Below are positions 41,460 to 42,048 of a stretch of DNA of 42,048 nt, piece after piece (within the stretch, counting starts at the first letter, position 1; the number at the start of each line of letters is the position of its first letter). The translations under genes and the position numbers were made by a program. The stretch spans positions 1 through 42,048 of the forward strand of contig MRSU01010355.1 in assembly GCA_008369845.1 (NCBI GenBank), read 5' to 3'. The DNA is from Trichomonas gallinae. Taxonomy: Eukaryota. Under the pieces are notes generated by a model. It made no database searches and had not been told where the DNA came from. It worked only from the letters and a program-made list of their open reading frames with translations.

Positions 41460-41826
41460 TTATAACATAACTCCAGATATTGTTCGACAAGTCTGAAAAA
41501 TATTCGTGCGGTTTATAATAATTTCTTTAGTTAAGATGGAAAAATCAATTCATTTGCTAGTCTTATCTTAATTTTTCCAATATCATATTACTCAGGATTC
41601 TTTGTGTTTATAAATGTTTTTATATTATTATTAACTTAATGATATTTTCAGAGATAAACTAAAAATGAATTCATCATGCACACAAACTGGACAGCGTATC
41701 AGAAATTTTACTTTAAAACCATGCAATATGATATTTATAAATATTTTTTTTGTGTATTTAAAAATGATATATTTTGTTTAAATTATATCAACCATAACTG
41801 AGTGAATATTTAATTATATCGTGAAT

Positions 41827-42048
41827 TCAATTTGCGCCAGCTGCAATAAGAATGTCGCAAATTTTTGCATGTTTTTCGCTTCCATTTGATTTTAATTTGG
41901 CAATGTAAAGCGGCGTTCTATTGTTATTGTTTCTTTCTGATAGTTTCGCTCTTATTGAAATGAGATATTCAACAACTTCGATGTGTCCATTTGCTGCTGC
42001 AAGATGAAGACATGTGTTCTTGTTGTTGTCAGTGTCGTTCTTTTCACA
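41827..42048 (-). CDS. Ankyrin-repeat protein, 3' end (cut by the window edge; absent from the ORF track)
   Basis: Minus strand reads ...NTCLHLAAANGHIEVVEYLISIRA...RTPLYIA...ICDILIAAGAN*, with TGA at 41829-41827. Confidence 0.92.
   Translation of the reverse strand, partial: CEKNDTDNNKNTCLHLAAANGHIEVVEYLISIRAKLSERNNNNRTPLYIAKLKSNGSEKHAKICDILIAAGAN

Overview
AT-rich, gene-dense eukaryotic DNA with no evident introns, most likely from a trichomonad (Trichomonas or a close parabasalid). This assignment is inferred from the gene families, the Inr (TCAYT/W) and AAAGTGAC promoter motifs, and TAAA overlapping stop codons. About 17 intact or nearly intact genes: ARM-repeat protein, RapGAP-domain protein, membrane GT-A-like glycosyltransferase, PA200/Blm10-like protein, small hypothetical protein, PX protein, two Rab GTPases, type I surface protein with CUB-like repeats, PP1-like and PP5 phosphatases, M60-like peptidase with PA14 and carbohydrate-binding domains, protein with an LC8-like segment, R2R3 Myb, long coiled-coil protein, CFAP97/Hemingway-like protein and a Cys/Asn-rich hypothetical. 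An ankyrin gene is cut by the right edge, and several surface-protein pseudogenes are present. Best second-look items: a 126-bp MITE with perfect TIRs and a ~10-bp TSD; a triplicated ~160-bp module with five GCAACGTT sites upstream of Myb; an orientation-consistent 13-mer upstream of three genes; a PA200-like protein lacking the HbYX tail; and two long membrane-protein ORFs without a usable ATG. No prokaryotic-type system, CRISPR array, rRNA or tRNA is supported. All family calls come from reading motifs by eye, not from database searches.
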